Virus record (IMG/VR): IMGVR_UViG_3300020156_000032
Location: 1 to 57,890 of that record
From: a virus
Taxonomy: Duplodnaviria; Caudoviricetes
Strand: one strand, 5' to 3'
DNA length: 57,890 nucleotides
The notes beneath the pieces are model-generated. The model saw only the letters and a list, made by a program, of their open reading frames with translations, searched no databases and was not told the origin of the DNA. Made by a program: the position numbers and the translations under genes. Shown here piece by piece: positions 55,872-57,890 of this stretch (position 1 is its first letter; each line of letters opens with the position of its first letter).

Positions 55872-56161
55872 GTCCTACACGATAACTCTCCCTGCCAAGT
55901 CCTACACCTTTCCTGGGAGCCCCATGAGGAGTCCTGCAAGAGAATTCTACCCAGGAGTCCTGCAAGGGAGTTCTGCAAAGGAGTCCTACAGGAGAGTTCT
56001 GATAAAGACCTCATATCGCCGAGTCCTACACCGGAGTTCTGCAAGAGACCTCAACCTTACCGAGTCCTGCAAAAGCACTCGTACTGGAGTCCTGCAAGGG
56101 AGTTCTGCAATGGAGTTCTGAAAGGGTGAGTCCTGCAAGAGTTCTGCAAGAGAGTTCTGCA
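55870..56161 (+). repeat. Iteron array GAGTYCTRCA (~17 copies, local 13 bp period), putative origin
   Basis: Copies at 55870, 55897, 55929, 55942, 55955, 55968, 55981, 55994, 56021, 56034, 56062, 56087, 56100, 56113, 56128, 56139, 56152. Confidence 0.85.
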
Positions 56162-56199
56162 CGAGATGTCTATAAGGGCTCGGTTAATAGTCGCCCCGT

Positions 56200-56412
56200 A
56201 CTCTTACTAAACTCTTATTAAAGTCTTACTAAACTCTTTTTAACCTCTTAAATAACTCTTAAAATACTCTTTAAGACCTCTTAAAGACCTCCTAAATAAC
56301 TCTTTAAGACCTCTTACCGACTTCCGTACTAAGTAGTCGTAAGTTAGCCCCTAGTTAGCCCCTAGTTAGACCCTAGTTAGCCCCTAACCGTTGGCTAGTT
56401 AGCCCCTAGTTA
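56200..56412 (+). repeat. AT-rich CTCTTA(A) repeats followed by ~5 GTTAGCCCCTA repeats
   Basis: Visible tandem repeats next to the iteron array. Confidence 0.7.
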
Positions 56413-56844
56413 GCGTCTAAGTAGCCGCTAACCGCTAAGCCAAACCGCTATAACTTAGTTAGAGGTCAAACCTAAGTATTAAAGAGTTGCCCCCGCTTAG
56501 CCCCCGCCCAACCCCTGCCTAAACCCTAATAAACGCCTAGCCCAACAACGAGCTAAGCCCTCGCCCTAGCTAAGCTCCCCACGAGCTTGCCCCTGCCCCT
56601 TGAAAGCCTCCTAACCTAGCCCCTTCCCTGCGAGGGCAAAGCTCGTCCCCTACCCTTACCCTGCCCTTCCCCTGCCCTTCCCTTTGTCCTAGCCCCTGAT
56701 TAGCCCCTACCGTCACGCTTCCTAAGTGTCCAGCAAGTCCCCTAGCCCTACCCTAGCCCTACCCCTACCGTAACGTAACCCCTGCCCCTACTCTACTTTA
56801 GGTTTCGTCTTAGCCCCTACCCAAAAATATTTTAGGGGTAGGGC

Positions 56845-56872
56845 TTGTAATGTCGATGTTGCATAGTAAGAT
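56845..56872 (+). promoter_or_regulatory. Sigma70-like promoter (TTGTAA-16-TAAGAT)
   Basis: Consensus match upstream of 57038 gene. Confidence 0.5.
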
Positions 56873-57037
56873 CATCGTGTCGGGCAGGGGTTCAATGCCC
56901 CGTCCCCAACAACCTGCTCTTTCTCAATTCGCACTCGCAGCAAAAACCCAAGGTAGGGGACGCCTAGCCCCTACCCTGCCCCTTAGCCTATGTCGGGCTA
57001 GGGGCAGCATTAACCCCTAGGCTAGGAGAATGTAACA

Positions 57038-57538
57038 ATGTCCACCACTACCAACGTCAAGGGTAACGTCAAGGCCAGCACTAAGGCCACTACGGGCAAG
57101 CCCGTCATTCCCGTTGTATGGTACGATGGGAAGGGCAAGCCGGAGGCCGAGCGTGACGGCGATAAGGTAGGGCTCACTACCGGGCTCCGCCTTACCCTGT
57201 TTGCCAACGAGCTGATGCGGCACCTTGCGGTAAGCGGTAGCGTAACCCTCGCCGACGGCCGTAAGGTCAATGCCCTTGACGATACGGCCCTCGATGCAAT
57301 CCTCAAAGCCGAGTTCCCGAAGCGTCCCCGGTTGCAATCGTTCGCTGCCTATCGCTCGTACTGGAACTATGGCCAGCATGGCCATAACTACATCGAGCTG
57401 GACCCTAAGACGGGCAAGGCGAAGGAAGGGCCGGACGGTAAGCCCGTCTTACTGCTCCCCAAGCTCCCCACGCCGAAGAAAGCTCGTGTCGCCCCTCCCC
57501 CTCCCCCTGCCCCTCCGGGTATGGGCAAGGGCAAGTAA
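57038..57538 (+). CDS. Uncharacterised protein, paralog of 32090-32509
   Basis: AGGAG SD; shared motifs with 32090 ORF; Pro/Lys tail. Confidence 0.8.
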   Translation: MSTTTNVKGNVKASTKATTGKPVIPVVWYDGKGKPEAERDGDKVGLTTGLRLTLFANELMRHLAVSGSVTLADGRKVNALDDTALDAILKAEFPKRPRLQSFAAYRSYWNYGQHGHNYIELDPKTGKAKEGPDGKPVLLLPKLPTPKKARVAPPPPPAPPGMGKGK

Positions 57539-57563
57539 GCCCCTAGCTAGTTCGTCCCATCTT

Positions 57564-57593
57564 AGCCCCCTAGCTAACCCCTAGGGGGCTTTT
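57564..57593 (+). terminator. Intrinsic terminator, copy 1
   Basis: AGCCCCCTAG-CTAACCC-CTAGGGGGCT plus TTT. Confidence 0.75.
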
Positions 57594-57625
57594 CCTTTGC
57601 CCCTACCCTAGCCCTAACCCTTATC

Positions 57626-57784
57626 ATGAACGACAATCCACCCCGCTTGGATGATTACTCCCTAGTTGAGCTTGCCGACTATATCGCTAGTGCGGTTGCG
57701 GCCGATCATGCCCTCGCTTCGCCAGAATTGGCCAAGGCATTGCATGATGCTCTAGCTACCGTAGGGCTTGCCCTAGCACGTTAA
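57626..57784 (+). CDS. 52 aa helical hypothetical protein (absent from ORF track)
   Basis: MNDNPPRLDDYSLVELADYIASAVAADHALASPELAKALHDALATVGLALAR between two identical terminators. Confidence 0.55.
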   Translation: MNDNPPRLDDYSLVELADYIASAVAADHALASPELAKALHDALATVGLALAR

Positions 57785-57815
57785 GCCCTCGCCCTCGCCC
57801 TCGCCCTTCCATCCT

Positions 57816-57846
57816 AGCCCCCTAGCTAACCCCTAGGGGGCTTTTT
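57816..57846 (+). terminator. Intrinsic terminator, copy 2 (identical hairpin)
   Basis: Same 27 nt hairpin as 57564 plus TTTT. Confidence 0.75.
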
Positions 57847-57890
57847 CGTTGCTGCCCTCCCTAAGCCCCTAGTGAGCCCTAAGCCTGCTT

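Larger units (their letters stand above)
96..56537 (+). repeat. Dispersed polar motif B, consensus YAATAAANNCCK (20 copies, + strand)
   Basis: AATAAANNCC at 96, 7219, 7648, 9153, 12840, 15454, 18660, 24239, 27643, 30813, 34828, 37694, 44742, 44845, 46601, 49226, 49792, 52717, 55360, 56528; NNCA variants at 2205, 8027. Confidence 0.85.

Noticed and set aside
55726-56121. Track ORFs across the iteron array
   Set aside because: Repetitive translation (VLQGSSA) simply mirrors the DNA repeats; no SD.
55870-56161. CRISPR array
   Set aside because: Units are 10 bp with very short, often 1-3 bp gaps and no unique 30-40 bp spacers; no cas genes. The 37827 nuclease fits a phage recombination module.
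96-56537. Fixed pairing distance between motifs A and B
   Set aside because: Neighbour distances vary from about 0.1 to 1 kb in both orders, as expected from their density alone.
1-57890. Integrated prophage or lysogeny module; terminal repeats
   Set aside because: No integrase, att-like repeats or host genes seen, and the window ends do not match each other by eye.

Overview
The window reads as a complete or near-complete ~58 kb tailed (siphovirus-like) phage genome. The + strand packaging/head/tail block (132-25424) has a gpA-type terminase, lambda-type portal, protease-scaffold-capsid fusion, tail tube, chaperones, holin and tape measure. A - strand block (25.7-35.3 kb) carries an SF1 helicase and a ParB/DGQHR-like protein. 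A + strand replication and DNA-modification block (36.1-55.9 kb) carries a resolvase, family-4 UDG, Cas4-like exonuclease, Sak4-like ATPase, SSB, CsrA, PolA, two aGPT-Pplase-like proteins, a MazG-like NTPase, a dUMP hydroxymethylase-like enzyme, an Nmad1-like protein and a primase-helicase. An iteron/AT-rich putative origin follows. No integrase or CRISPR is seen, and the host is unknown (Planctomycetota is a weak guess). The most unusual signals are: (1) two genome-wide motifs that are strand-polarised regardless of gene direction, ATCTCCCCCAAAGAA (~29 copies, 12 exact) and YAATAAANNCCK (20 copies); (2) two cassettes in which a non-canonical tRNA-like RNA sits ~30 nt upstream of a csrA homolog, together with GGA-rich intergenic RNA switches; (3) a ~365 nt structured ncRNA candidate at 35.7-36.1 kb; (4) a thymidine hypermodification locus with tandem paralogs and no recognisable P-loop kinase. 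Family names come from motif recognition by eye, not from database searches, and all counts are manual.
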